From Escherichia phage nieznany, in sequence record NC_052659.1: DNA of 64,000 bases. One strand, 5' to 3'. The notes beneath the pieces were generated by a model. The model was not told the origin of the DNA, did no database searches, and worked only from the letters and a program-made list of their open reading frames with translations. Positions within the stretch are counted from its first letter, which is position 1, and each line of letters begins with the position of its first letter. Below are positions 1 through 8,672 of the stretch, piece by piece. Position numbers and translations under genes: made by a program.

Positions 1-99
1 CCATTTGCACGGATTCTCACTAATCATTGCACACCTCCATTCTTGTTAAGATATTTCGTACTGTACTTCATACTAATCTATAGATCAAGTATTATTTGT

Positions 100-200
100 A
101 CCTGTTTGTTAGATCTAATAATTATTTATTATTAATATTTAATAATTATTAATCTAGTACGGAGTACAGTACTTGAGTACAGAGTACTACATCAACGACC
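100..200. promoter_or_regulatory. AT-rich repeat-containing region upstream of first plus-strand gene (palindromic AATAATTATT x2, GAGTACAG/AGTACT repeats)
   Basis: Seen in sequence: 10-bp palindrome AATAATTATT at about 122 and 149; GAGTACAG twice at 166-195; no ORF. Confidence 0.3.
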
Positions 201-441
201 TAAAACCTTAACTCGCTGCGCTCGTTAATAGATTTCTAGGGTAACATACTTCGAACACAAAAGTCAAGAGTTTTATTAAAAATTATTTTCTGTGTGCAAA
301 AACCTTGCTTAAACAGGTAGCAATAGTATAGCCTATAACATAAGCTTCATAAGAGGCTGTAGAGCAAGTTTACTTACTAGGTAAGGTGATTTATCATCTT
401 ATATATAAAAAGTGCGTCAGAGACGCGTTTAGGAGGCTAGA

Positions 442-765
442 ATGAGATTTACAAGACAAGAGGTAGTTGTACTTGACGAAGCAATGACAATGATCGTCTT
501 TTACTATGAGGATATCTTCTGTGCAGCATATCATTTAAATGATATTCAGATTGAATGGAAGCAGATAGCATTCCTGTTGGACAAGAGTAATCATTTGGAT
601 GGCTTTGAGTATTTGGAGTGGGATGGTGCAAAGGAAGTTAAAATTGTAGGGTTAAATCACGATCAGATTGTTGACATGCAATGTAAGTTGTGTCATTATC
701 AGTTCTCAAACAGAGTCAAACTCGAAAGGCAATTGGAGGTGGTTAAAGATGATAGCACTAATTAG
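442..765 (+). CDS. hypothetical protein
   Basis: ATG at 442 preceded by AGGAGG; 107 aa ORF. Confidence 0.5.
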   Translation: MRFTRQEVVVLDEAMTMIVFYYEDIFCAAYHLNDIQIEWKQIAFLLDKSNHLDGFEYLEWDGAKEVKIVGLNHDQIVDMQCKLCHYQFSNRVKLERQLEVVKDDSTN

Positions 766-861
766 TGAGAACCCAATCCTGGCAACAATTGTTCTGATTT
801 TTGCCATGTGTGTGGTTCACGATGTTCTGGTAAGCTACTTTGACAACAAAGGAGGTAAGAA

Positions 862-1056
862 ATGAAAGACGTTATTCAAATGGTATTCCGTGTAACGCTA
901 GATGGTATACACGTTGTTAAAGGCACACAGAACTACACAGAAGCTAAAGAACACTTCTTAGAGTGGATTGATACATTGAAGACACAAGATGTGTCCTACA
1001 GCCGTGTTACGCTTACTGGCGACCATACCCCAATCATGGAGTACGTAAAGAAATGA
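862..1056 (+). CDS. hypothetical protein
   Basis: GGAGG RBS then ATG; 64 aa. Confidence 0.4.
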   Translation: MKDVIQMVFRVTLDGIHVVKGTQNYTEAKEHFLEWIDTLKTQDVSYSRVTLTGDHTPIMEYVKK

Positions 1057-1292
1057 GCAACTATCCAATTACAGGCGTAACCTATTCTTGTGTAGCAAAA
1101 GGTGGTTTATATACAGTAGTGGAATTTCCAAAACCTGCCGGAATATCTAAAGTGTTTGATCCTGTGGTTATCTATGAAGATCTTAGAACAGGTCAACGTT
1201 ACTGGAGATTTGTGAATGACTTTTTAGATCGTATGGAGGTAGTAAGTGGCGAAAACACCGAAGAAGTTATCAAAGCCAAAGGACGTTACTAA
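1053..1292 (+). CDS. hypothetical protein
   Basis: ATGA overlap with upstream gene; 79 aa. Confidence 0.4.
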   Translation: MSNYPITGVTYSCVAKGGLYTVVEFPKPAGISKVFDPVVIYEDLRTGQRYWRFVNDFLDRMEVVSGENTEEVIKAKGRY

Positions 1293-1593
1293 GAAACCGA
1301 AAAACGAGGTTCTCAAAGTAGCCAAATCAGTTCCTAAGAAAGATAAATTTGATACGGAGGCATTCGTCTTTGACACACCAATCGAGAAGATTGAAGAAGC
1401 GTTGCAACGTCTTGAGGAGCAGGAGGCAGATCCAATGGCTGAACCACTCACGCAGGATCAACTCTACTGGTGGGGATGGTGGGAATTGCACATGCCAGAT
1501 GCAAAAAGACGTGGCATGACTACAGTTCCAATCTGTGCGAAAGAGTCTGCGGTATTGGGACTTTATGAGAAACCGAGAGGCAGGAAGAAATGA
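1246..1593 (+). CDS. hypothetical lysine-rich protein (GTG start)
   Basis: GGAGG at 1236-1240 then GTG 1246; basic N-terminus. Confidence 0.4.
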   Translation: MAKTPKKLSKPKDVTKKPKNEVLKVAKSVPKKDKFDTEAFVFDTPIEKIEEALQRLEEQEADPMAEPLTQDQLYWWGWWELHMPDAKRRGMTTVPICAKESAVLGLYEKPRGRKK

Positions 1594-2261
1594 GGCTAGT
1601 TCATGGCATAGGTATAAATGATGCAGATCATAGAATAACCGTAAATGAGACGATAGGTGGCAAATTAAAACAAACTTGGATTTGTCCTTACTACTCAACT
1701 TGGAAAGGTATTTTAATGCGCACAAAAGAATCATTTTGGTTAAAGAATCCTACCTATCATGGGTGTAAAATAAATAAAGACTGGTTAAGATTTTCTAACT
1801 TCGAAACCTGGCTAAAGGAACAACCTAGCCATGCCGAGTGGTTAGCCAATCCTAAAGATTGGGCTGTGGATAAAGATTTTGTATTTCCTGGAAATAAGAC
1901 TTATTCCGCAGAAACTTGTTGCCTTTTGCCGCGCTATGTGAATAATGCACTCTTAGATAGTTCCTCTATTCGTGGAGAGTATCCGCTTGGTGTTTCTTAT
2001 CACAAGCAACATAAAAAATTATACAGCTCTATAAAGATAGAGGGTAAACAACATTTCCTTGGCTTACATTCTGATACTAAAGAAGCTCATAAGGCTTGGC
2101 AAGTAGCTAAGATAGACGCGCTGAAAGGTATCCTTACAAGATACAGAAAGGAGAATCATTATGATAATCGTATTTGTCTAAGATTGTTGGATGAAATTTA
2201 CTTAATTGAAGAGGATGTTAAGAATGCAAGAGAAACAAAAAGGTTTGGTCGTATGGCTTGA
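1590..2261 (+). CDS. putative homing endonuclease (AP2-like DNA-binding domain), paralog of 16883..17539
   Basis: Shares WLRFSNFETW / AWFTFSNFDNW and KQHFLGLHSDTKEAHKAW / GKHLGYFATEEEAHFAW motifs with the nrdA-nrdB intergenic ORF. Confidence 0.5.
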   Translation: MRLVHGIGINDADHRITVNETIGGKLKQTWICPYYSTWKGILMRTKESFWLKNPTYHGCKINKDWLRFSNFETWLKEQPSHAEWLANPKDWAVDKDFVFPGNKTYSAETCCLLPRYVNNALLDSSSIRGEYPLGVSYHKQHKKLYSSIKIEGKQHFLGLHSDTKEAHKAWQVAKIDALKGILTRYRKENHYDNRICLRLLDEIYLIEEDVKNARETKRFGRMA

Positions 2262-2586
2262 CGATTTACGTGATCCTAAAGACTACGGCTACCCAGAGGC
2301 TATCTGGGTTAAATCAGCACAAGAGATCTGGAGTTTGTATATGACGCTTCAGGTGAAGAGCATGACGAATGAAGTGACTGAAATTCACTTTGACAATGAC
2401 CTCGGCCCTGGGTACGATGGATATTATGTATTCACCAGACTGGAGAGCATGATTGCTGCTGGAGGTTTTAAAGGTTTGCAGAGTATCTATGTGCATACAT
2501 CCAATCCGGCGGCTGCACAGAAATTCATGCTGGCAAAAGAGCATCTTGCTCGTTACGGTATTGAACTGATTCGTAAACACTATTAA
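2224..2586 (+). CDS. hypothetical protein
   Basis: ATG 2224 with GAGGA upstream; 120 aa. Confidence 0.4.
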   Translation: MQEKQKGLVVWLDDLRDPKDYGYPEAIWVKSAQEIWSLYMTLQVKSMTNEVTEIHFDNDLGPGYDGYYVFTRLESMIAAGGFKGLQSIYVHTSNPAAAQKFMLAKEHLARYGIELIRKHY

Positions 2587-2597
2587 GGAGAGAAAAC

Positions 2598-2813
2598 ATG
2601 AAAATCAAAGATCTGCCAGTAGGCACTAAGTACAAACTAGCTCAAGCCCCACGTATGGATACGACCAGTACGTTTATCGTCGTGGATATTAAGTACATGC
2701 AGGATACTTTCGGCATCCTTGAAGATGAAGTTGGTATGAGCTATTGTATTGACAAGAACGAAATCGTTCCGTGGCGAGGTCACGAACTTTGTGAATGCAT
2801 CATTGTAGAGTAA
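2598..2813 (+). CDS. hypothetical protein
   Basis: AGGAGAG RBS; 71 aa. Confidence 0.4.
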   Translation: MKIKDLPVGTKYKLAQAPRMDTTSTFIVVDIKYMQDTFGILEDEVGMSYCIDKNEIVPWRGHELCECIIVE

Positions 2814-2829
2814 AACAGAAGGGGGGGCT

Positions 2830-2961
2830 ATGTACGTTATCTGGGTAGATGAAGGTGATGGGTGGTATATCTATAAAGAAACAGGCCATTGGCCTGATGT
2901 GCAGAAAGCCCTTGACAGTTTCGATTATTGTTACTATGATTCACACTTTGAAGACGAATAG
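2830..2961 (+). CDS. small hypothetical protein (43 aa, below ORF-track cutoff)
   Basis: GGGGGG RBS then ATG 2830; in-frame to TAG 2959-2961. Confidence 0.3.
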   Translation: MYVIWVDEGDGWYIYKETGHWPDVQKALDSFDYCYYDSHFEDE

Positions 2962-2975
2962 ACAGGAGAAATAAC

Positions 2976-3143
2976 ATGTGGAATAAACCCGCACAAGGTC
3001 AACTTCCTTACCCACATCAGGTGGTGATTGCCATCACACCAGAAGGAAAAGAAGTAGAGATGTATCGTGTCGGTAATCTTTGGTTCCCTGCTGGGGACAG
3101 ATGTTATGTCTACTGGACACCTGAAATGTGGAGGGCTAAGTGA
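2976..3143 (+). CDS. small hypothetical protein (55 aa)
   Basis: AGGAGAAATAAC then ATG 2976; stop TGA 3141-3143. Confidence 0.3.
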   Translation: MWNKPAQGQLPYPHQVVIAITPEGKEVEMYRVGNLWFPAGDRCYVYWTPEMWRAK

Positions 3144-3490
3144 AGGATAATATTTGCTACCAACATCTCTATTGGATTCATGACGAAGAGACTTACGCTC
3201 AACGTGTTATCGTATGTGCGGCTAATAAATACATCCTGACAACTGGGGAAGAACTGGTCGTACCTTGTGTCAGACACGCAAATCCGGTATTATCCCAGCA
3301 GATAAAACTTCTAATGGACGCTGGTTTGTTGTCTAAGTCCTATTGTCATCCAGATGATCAAGGGTTTATTGACCAATATTATAATTGGTGGAATCGTGTA
3401 GATGCATTTATTATTGCAGATCATGCTAATCAAATTGATTATGACAGAAATGGTCATTATCGTGAGTTATTTAGTGAGGGGCTATATTAA
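3140..3490 (+). CDS. hypothetical protein
   Basis: 116 aa ORF, GTGA overlap with upstream. Confidence 0.4.
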   Translation: MKDNICYQHLYWIHDEETYAQRVIVCAANKYILTTGEELVVPCVRHANPVLSQQIKLLMDAGLLSKSYCHPDDQGFIDQYYNWWNRVDAFIIADHANQIDYDRNGHYRELFSEGLY

Positions 3491-3984
3491 TGAGAGATAT
3501 TCTTACAGAACTTGGAGTAAACCACTGTAGTCATAAGCTTGAAGATGACTGGTTAGATTTTTATGCTATTAATTACGCTCAAGCACGTAAGAGCTTTAGT
3601 GAAGCTTTATCTCATGTTCAAGAGTTATTTAATGTAAAAGAAGATAAGGTATTGGCTAAAACATACACAATCAGTTCTTATGATTACACTAACCCTGAGT
3701 TTATGTTAAAATTTTGGAGAGATGTTAATCAGTTCATTAAAGAAAATACATCAAAGGACTGGAGTTTTTCCTATATTACTATTGAAGATACTGAAAAATT
3801 CCTAGACCAATATGATGATTTTGGTGAAGATTGTAAAGAAATTAGCGTTTATGCTTATGTTAAAAGCTTTGACCAGTTTACATCACAAGAGCAAAAAGAT
3901 GCAATCAATACAATGAGGTATTATGAGATGAAGCTGAAAGAAGCAAAAGAAGATTTAGATCGCTATAAAAGGGTGGCATATTAA
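3490..3984 (+). CDS. hypothetical protein
   Basis: 164 aa ORF; TAATG overlap. Confidence 0.45.
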   Translation: MRDILTELGVNHCSHKLEDDWLDFYAINYAQARKSFSEALSHVQELFNVKEDKVLAKTYTISSYDYTNPEFMLKFWRDVNQFIKENTSKDWSFSYITIEDTEKFLDQYDDFGEDCKEISVYAYVKSFDQFTSQEQKDAINTMRYYEMKLKEAKEDLDRYKRVAY

Positions 3985-4538
3985 TGTTTGTGACGAGTGA
4001 CCGCCATTTCTGGCACGATAAAGTTCTTGATTTTCAGGCGCATACCCGCCCATTTTCTAGCTTGGAAGAAATGCACGAGGCGTATATTAAAGAGTGGAAC
4101 GCCTGTGCAACTAAACCTGGTGTTAAAATGTATCACTTGGGAGATTTCAGTTTTGGTCTTGAAGAACAGACAGAAGAGATCTGCAAGCGTTTGCAAGGTG
4201 ATATCACCTTCATCGTGGGGAACCATGACCGCAGCTATACCCGTTCCGTAATGGAGAAGTACGGGCGTGTTGTTTGGTACGACGAAGTGAAATACCAGAA
4301 ACATTTCTTTGTATTGAGTCATTATCCTATGCTTACTTGGAACAAATCTCATAAAGGAAGTATTATGCTTCATGGTCATGAACATGGGAATCTTGTTCAT
4401 TTAGAGCACGAACGTGGAAAAACTATGGATGTTGGTGTAGATGTTCATGGTCGTTTCTTACATTTTGATGAAATCATTGAAGTGATGAAAGACCGTCCTA
4501 TGCGTATGGATCATCGTAAATTTAGATCGGAGGAATAA
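3984..4538 (+). CDS. calcineurin-like metallophosphoesterase
   Basis: Motifs DRHFWHD, GNHD, GHEH typical of metallophosphatase fold. Confidence 0.6.
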   Translation: MFVTSDRHFWHDKVLDFQAHTRPFSSLEEMHEAYIKEWNACATKPGVKMYHLGDFSFGLEEQTEEICKRLQGDITFIVGNHDRSYTRSVMEKYGRVVWYDEVKYQKHFFVLSHYPMLTWNKSHKGSIMLHGHEHGNLVHLEHERGKTMDVGVDVHGRFLHFDEIIEVMKDRPMRMDHRKFRSEE

Positions 4539-4680
4539 TAATGGTAACAATGTATGTACTGTTTGCAATTTTTTATTCTGGTAATGGTAATTCAACTTAT
4601 CAGGCAGAGTTTAACTCGCAAGGGGCTTGCATTATGGCGTTAGAGGAAGGTAAGCGTGTGAAGATTTTTGACCGTGGCAT

Positions 4681-4944
4681 GTGTGTGCCGAAGGGGTGAA
4701 AATGAATATTCCAGATGATTTTTATACCCACGAGAACTCGTGGAGAAAGGCTCTTGAACGTCTTATCGAACTGGAGCCTGTAACTGGTGAACCTGACGAA
4801 GATAACCGTGGGTTTTGGGAACATGAATTACGTGCATTCAATCACGCTTATGAGCAACTTCATAAGGGTTGTCCCCATGATGGTGCTACCTACTATGATA
4901 TGAGTGGGCGTGAACGCTGTGGAATGTGTGGAGGTGATATTTGA
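4681..4944 (+). CDS. hypothetical protein (C-terminal CxxC)
   Basis: 87 aa ORF. Confidence 0.35.
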   Translation: MCAEGVKMNIPDDFYTHENSWRKALERLIELEPVTGEPDEDNRGFWEHELRAFNHAYEQLHKGCPHDGATYYDMSGRERCGMCGGDI

Positions 4945-5126
4945 GAAAACTTATTGTACCATGGCTCTATTGCCCTTGTGGGAGCAGTAAGATTGAAGTA
5001 GAGACTGAAAAAGGTGATGAGTTATACCTCTATTATGGCGACAAAGTGAAATGCCTTGTTTGCGGAAATGAAGGTGAAATCGAAACAGATGATTGCTGCG
5101 CGTATGCAGTGTGGGAGGATGAATGA
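4941..5126 (+). CDS. small zinc-ribbon-like protein
   Basis: CPCG...CLVCG cysteine pairs; 61 aa. Confidence 0.35.
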   Translation: MRKLIVPWLYCPCGSSKIEVETEKGDELYLYYGDKVKCLVCGNEGEIETDDCCAYAVWEDE

Positions 5127-5347
5127 GTACAGCTATTTATGTAAGAGGCGTGAGTGAACACGAGCAATGTCTTTTCTCTTTTGGGGAAGGTGTAGAGATT
5201 GAGGATATGTATCAAGAGATTTGCGAAGTCTTGGATAATGAAGGATTCACTATTGTAAACTCTTTTCTTGTTACATCATCTGAATATTTAGAGGTTGATT
5301 TAACACAGATGATGTTTAGTGTCCAAGAAACAGTTTTTGATTGGTAA
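5123..5347 (+). CDS. hypothetical protein
   Basis: 74 aa ORF with ATGA overlap. Confidence 0.35.
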   Translation: MSTAIYVRGVSEHEQCLFSFGEGVEIEDMYQEICEVLDNEGFTIVNSFLVTSSEYLEVDLTQMMFSVQETVFDW

Positions 5348-5356
5348 GGAGAAATA

Positions 5357-6472
5357 ATGCTGCAATTAAATCCTACATTGTATGGTAAAGACACCAAAGG
5401 TAATATTAAAGAATGGTCTGTCTATACGGATGGTGCAACTGTTACAGTTGGTCATGGTCGTCTTGGTGGGAAGATTACTACGAAATCCTATGAAGCTGAA
5501 GCAAAAAACATTGGTCGTTCCAATGAAACAACACCGGAAGAACAAGCTGAACTTGAAGCTTTTGCCAAATGGACAAAACAGTTAAAGAATGGCTATTATA
5601 AAACAAAAGAAGAAGCTGAAAACCATGTTCCTTCCACACCAATGAAATGCCAGGATTATAAAGATTATCCTGAAAGGGTTGTGTTCCCTGGTTATGCACA
5701 ATACAAACTGAACGGGTTACGTTCTATGATTAACATGAAAGGGGAGTGTTTATCAAAAGCTGGGGAAGTGTACAACCTGCCACCTCATTGGAAAGGTATT
5801 CCAAACTTTATTAGTGAAGTTGTTGGTCATCCTCTTGATGGTGAAGTGTTTGCTGGGTTAGGTGTCCTTAGTCTGCAACAAATTAACAGTGCTTGGAAGA
5901 AGCATAATGCAAATACACCTTTGCTGAATTATTACGTATACGATATTCCAGTTCCAGGTCTACCGTTTGAAAAACGTGTTGATGCTCTTGCTGCTCTTAA
6001 GGCAGTAGTTGAAGATTATGGTCTTGACGAGCTTATTTGTGTAGTTCATACAGAGTATATTGAAAACCAAGAACAGTTTGATGCTTTCTATGAAAAAGCT
6101 TTACTTGAGAAAGCTGAAGGTGTAGTATATCGTAATGCTCACGGAGTTTACGAATTTGATAAACGTTCTTATGACGTTATTAAACGTAAGCCTCGCCACA
6201 CCCTTGAAGTTAAAGTAATAAATTCAAAAAGTGATAAAAATGGTGATGGAGTGTTGACAGGTGAGATGGAAAATGGTAAAGTAGTCGAATTCTTAATGCG
6301 TAAAGATGCTCATGAGACTATCAATTATCGTAAAGCAGAGAATGCTTCTACCTTGATTAATCAGTTCGTTGAAATAGAGTATGAAGAATTTTCAGATGAA
6401 GGTATTCCAACAAAACCTGTTGGTGTTCGTATTCGAGAAATGATCCCAGGCACTTGGGAACCAGCAGAATAA
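5357..6472 (+). CDS. ATP-dependent DNA ligase-like nucleotidyltransferase
   Basis: Motif I variant KLNGLR (KxDGxR with D->N), motif III LDGEVF, motif V EGVVYR, KRK near motif VI; 371 aa like small phage ligases. Confidence 0.6.
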   Translation: MLQLNPTLYGKDTKGNIKEWSVYTDGATVTVGHGRLGGKITTKSYEAEAKNIGRSNETTPEEQAELEAFAKWTKQLKNGYYKTKEEAENHVPSTPMKCQDYKDYPERVVFPGYAQYKLNGLRSMINMKGECLSKAGEVYNLPPHWKGIPNFISEVVGHPLDGEVFAGLGVLSLQQINSAWKKHNANTPLLNYYVYDIPVPGLPFEKRVDALAALKAVVEDYGLDELICVVHTEYIENQEQFDAFYEKALLEKAEGVVYRNAHGVYEFDKRSYDVIKRKPRHTLEVKVINSKSDKNGDGVLTGEMENGKVVEFLMRKDAHETINYRKAENASTLINQFVEIEYEEFSDEGIPTKPVGVRIREMIPGTWEPAE

Positions 6473-6525
6473 GGAGGAAAAATGTTCTTAGCTTATCATT
6501 GTGCAAAATACCTGGAGGCATTTTT

Positions 6526-6708
6526 ATGATAATTTTAGCAACAATTATTATGATGTTGATAGCAATTGCTATTATAATTCTGGCATCTTTTCCGGCGGAT
6601 AAATGGTATTTCAATATTCCACGTATGCTTGTTTTCGGTTTCGCAGGGATTTACATGGGTGAGTCTGTAGTAAATATTAGCAACTTTCTAGAAAGCTATT
6701 TTAAATAA
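6526..6708 (+). CDS. small membrane protein
   Basis: GGAGG then ATG 6526; strongly hydrophobic MIILATIIMMLIAIAIIILA. Confidence 0.4.
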   Translation: MIILATIIMMLIAIAIIILASFPADKWYFNIPRMLVFGFAGIYMGESVVNISNFLESYFK

Positions 6709-6717
6709 GGAGTTATA

Positions 6718-7443
6718 ATGATCGAGAATTTTTTTAAAGATATTAAATTCGATACTGAATTTTTCAAAAATGCAGCAAAGCACGTAATTGATTGGAATGC
6801 CAAAGCACGAGGTGGTGAACAACCTGAATTCACTCAAGAGCTATTTATGTCCCAAATCGGGTTCGTTCGTGAAGAGCTTAAAGAGTATGAAACAGCCGCG
6901 AAAGTAAACGATCATGTAGAACTCTTGGATGCAGCAGCGGATATTTTTGTAGTATCCAGTTATCTTACTTACATGTTCTTTGGTGAAGAACATACGATGA
7001 ATTTCTTGGACTATGCTGTAGGCGATGTTTTTACTCCAACTGTGTATACTGATTTTGATGCTTTGGAACAAACATTTACAGAGCCAGTTCAAATGGCACT
7101 AATGGCTGCTGGTATTATGCGTATGTCTCGTGACACTCTAATCCGTTCAAAATATCCAGAAAAGAAAGTTATTAAAGAGGTATTGAAAAGTAATGATTCC
7201 AAGTATCCAACTAAACAACAGTTGCTGAAAACTTGGAAAACTTCGGATATCGATTCAGCCATTGCACAAGAATGCGCTGCAATTGAAGAACGAAATGCCA
7301 ATCGTCCAGAAGGGGCATACACTGGTGTTCATGCTGTTTATAATGAAAAACAGAAAGTGTATGTGTTCTTTGATGATAAAGGTAAGATCATGAAACCATC
7401 GACCTTTGTCAAACCTAATATTGCAGGTATTATTAATAAGTAA
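6718..7443 (+). CDS. MazG-like nucleoside triphosphate pyrophosphohydrolase
   Basis: EE-x-E...ELLDAAADIFVV helical motif typical of MazG/dUTPase-like all-alpha NTP-PPase. Confidence 0.5.
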   Translation: MIENFFKDIKFDTEFFKNAAKHVIDWNAKARGGEQPEFTQELFMSQIGFVREELKEYETAAKVNDHVELLDAAADIFVVSSYLTYMFFGEEHTMNFLDYAVGDVFTPTVYTDFDALEQTFTEPVQMALMAAGIMRMSRDTLIRSKYPEKKVIKEVLKSNDSKYPTKQQLLKTWKTSDIDSAIAQECAAIEERNANRPEGAYTGVHAVYNEKQKVYVFFDDKGKIMKPSTFVKPNIAGIINK

Positions 7444-7499
7444 TGTTGTAAGCCGCCCTTTATGGGCGGTAATGTGAGATGTATTAAATAGGAGGAAAC

Positions 7500-8378
7500 A
7501 TGTTTGTAAAATCTTTTAAATCCGCTCTGCCTATGGTTGTTGGTGACAATGCTTCTGTAGCATCCCTTAACAGCATTACAGATATTCCTCTGGAATTTGT
7601 AACAGCAGAAGGCTCCCAGTCACACACTATCGGTCTTGTTCGTTTCGAAGATGACTCTAAATTTGTAAAAGAGTTTTCAGATCTTGAACTGCTTAATGTA
7701 GGTCAATCTGTGAAGAAGGTAGATAAAAAGAAAGTTAAACGTATTCTGAATGAACGGCTAGAAGAAATGCGTCAGGACATGGAGAGCGAAGGTAAAGAGT
7801 TTTATGTCGATAAAGAAGTAGTCAAAGCAATGAAGGAAGATATTGAATTTGCACTATTGCCTGAAACAGAACCTGAAGATTTCTTTAACTATGTTGTCTT
7901 GGATAAAACTACGAATCTTCTTTATGTTCTTAATGGAAGTAAAAAGGTTGCAGAAGAGATTACTTCTTTCCTCCGTTCCGTTCTGGGGACTTTCCCTTCG
8001 GTAGGTTTTAGTGTGCATGAAGAAGCTATTGTAAAAGGTTTTGGTGAATTGCTGGAGAATCACGAAGCAGATCGTATTACTCTCGGAAATTATATCAAAA
8101 TGGAGGATAGCGAGGGCGTTGTTGTTTGGAGTAAAGAATCCCTATACGAGTCTAAAGCTGTCGAACTAAAAGAAGATGGTAAAGATGTTGTTGCAATCGG
8201 TCTTGAATATGACGGTGTTGTAGATTTCGTAGTGGATAAAGAGTTTAAACTTTCTAAACTACGTTTTCCGAAATATTTTGCAGACGAAGAAGGCAGTATT
8301 GAAGCTTCAGTCCTTCTGTGCTTCAATGAGATTCGAGGTCTGATGGAAGATTTAACCAAAGCAACAATCCTTAAATAA
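7500..8378 (+). CDS. hypothetical acidic protein
   Basis: 292 aa ORF, GGAGGA RBS. Confidence 0.5.
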   Translation: MFVKSFKSALPMVVGDNASVASLNSITDIPLEFVTAEGSQSHTIGLVRFEDDSKFVKEFSDLELLNVGQSVKKVDKKKVKRILNERLEEMRQDMESEGKEFYVDKEVVKAMKEDIEFALLPETEPEDFFNYVVLDKTTNLLYVLNGSKKVAEEITSFLRSVLGTFPSVGFSVHEEAIVKGFGELLENHEADRITLGNYIKMEDSEGVVVWSKESLYESKAVELKEDGKDVVAIGLEYDGVVDFVVDKEFKLSKLRFPKYFADEEGSIEASVLLCFNEIRGLMEDLTKATILK

Positions 8379-8380
8379 GT

Positions 8381-8440
8381 TCTTGACTTGCGGGATTAGT
8401 TATGATATTATGCCTACCTACTTAATGAGGTAGGCTTTTT
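8381..8440 (+). promoter_or_regulatory. sigma70-like promoter (TTGACT-17-TATTAT) followed by stem-loop GCCTACCT..AGGTAGGC + T-tract
   Basis: Seen in sequence; same promoter plus stem-loop architecture as the minus-strand cassettes at 50-57 kb. Confidence 0.45.
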
Positions 8441-8450
8441 AGGAGGCGTT

Positions 8451-8660
8451 ATGAAAAAGATTCTGACAGTCGTTCTTTTAGCTTTTAGTTTCACAGTAGC
8501 AGCAGGTCAAATTACTTTAATCTTGTCTGATTCTGAAGTTAATGGCAATACAAAATATTGCTACTATTCTAACGCTAACCAAGATGAAGTTATAGCAATC
8601 CCGAAAAGTCGTCAATGTCCGTATACTAAAACATTCTCAACAGAGGATGACGATGAATAA
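8451..8660 (+). CDS. small secreted protein (signal peptide)
   Basis: N-terminal MKKILTVVLLAFSFTVAAG hydrophobic signal; 69 aa. Confidence 0.45.
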   Translation: MKKILTVVLLAFSFTVAAGQITLILSDSEVNGNTKYCYYSNANQDEVIAIPKSRQCPYTKTFSTEDDDE

Positions 8661-8672
8661 TTAGGGGGAAAT

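Noticed and set aside
5382-5585. 67-aa ORF in an alternative frame
   Set aside because: Nested within the ligase gene in another frame; no independent RBS.
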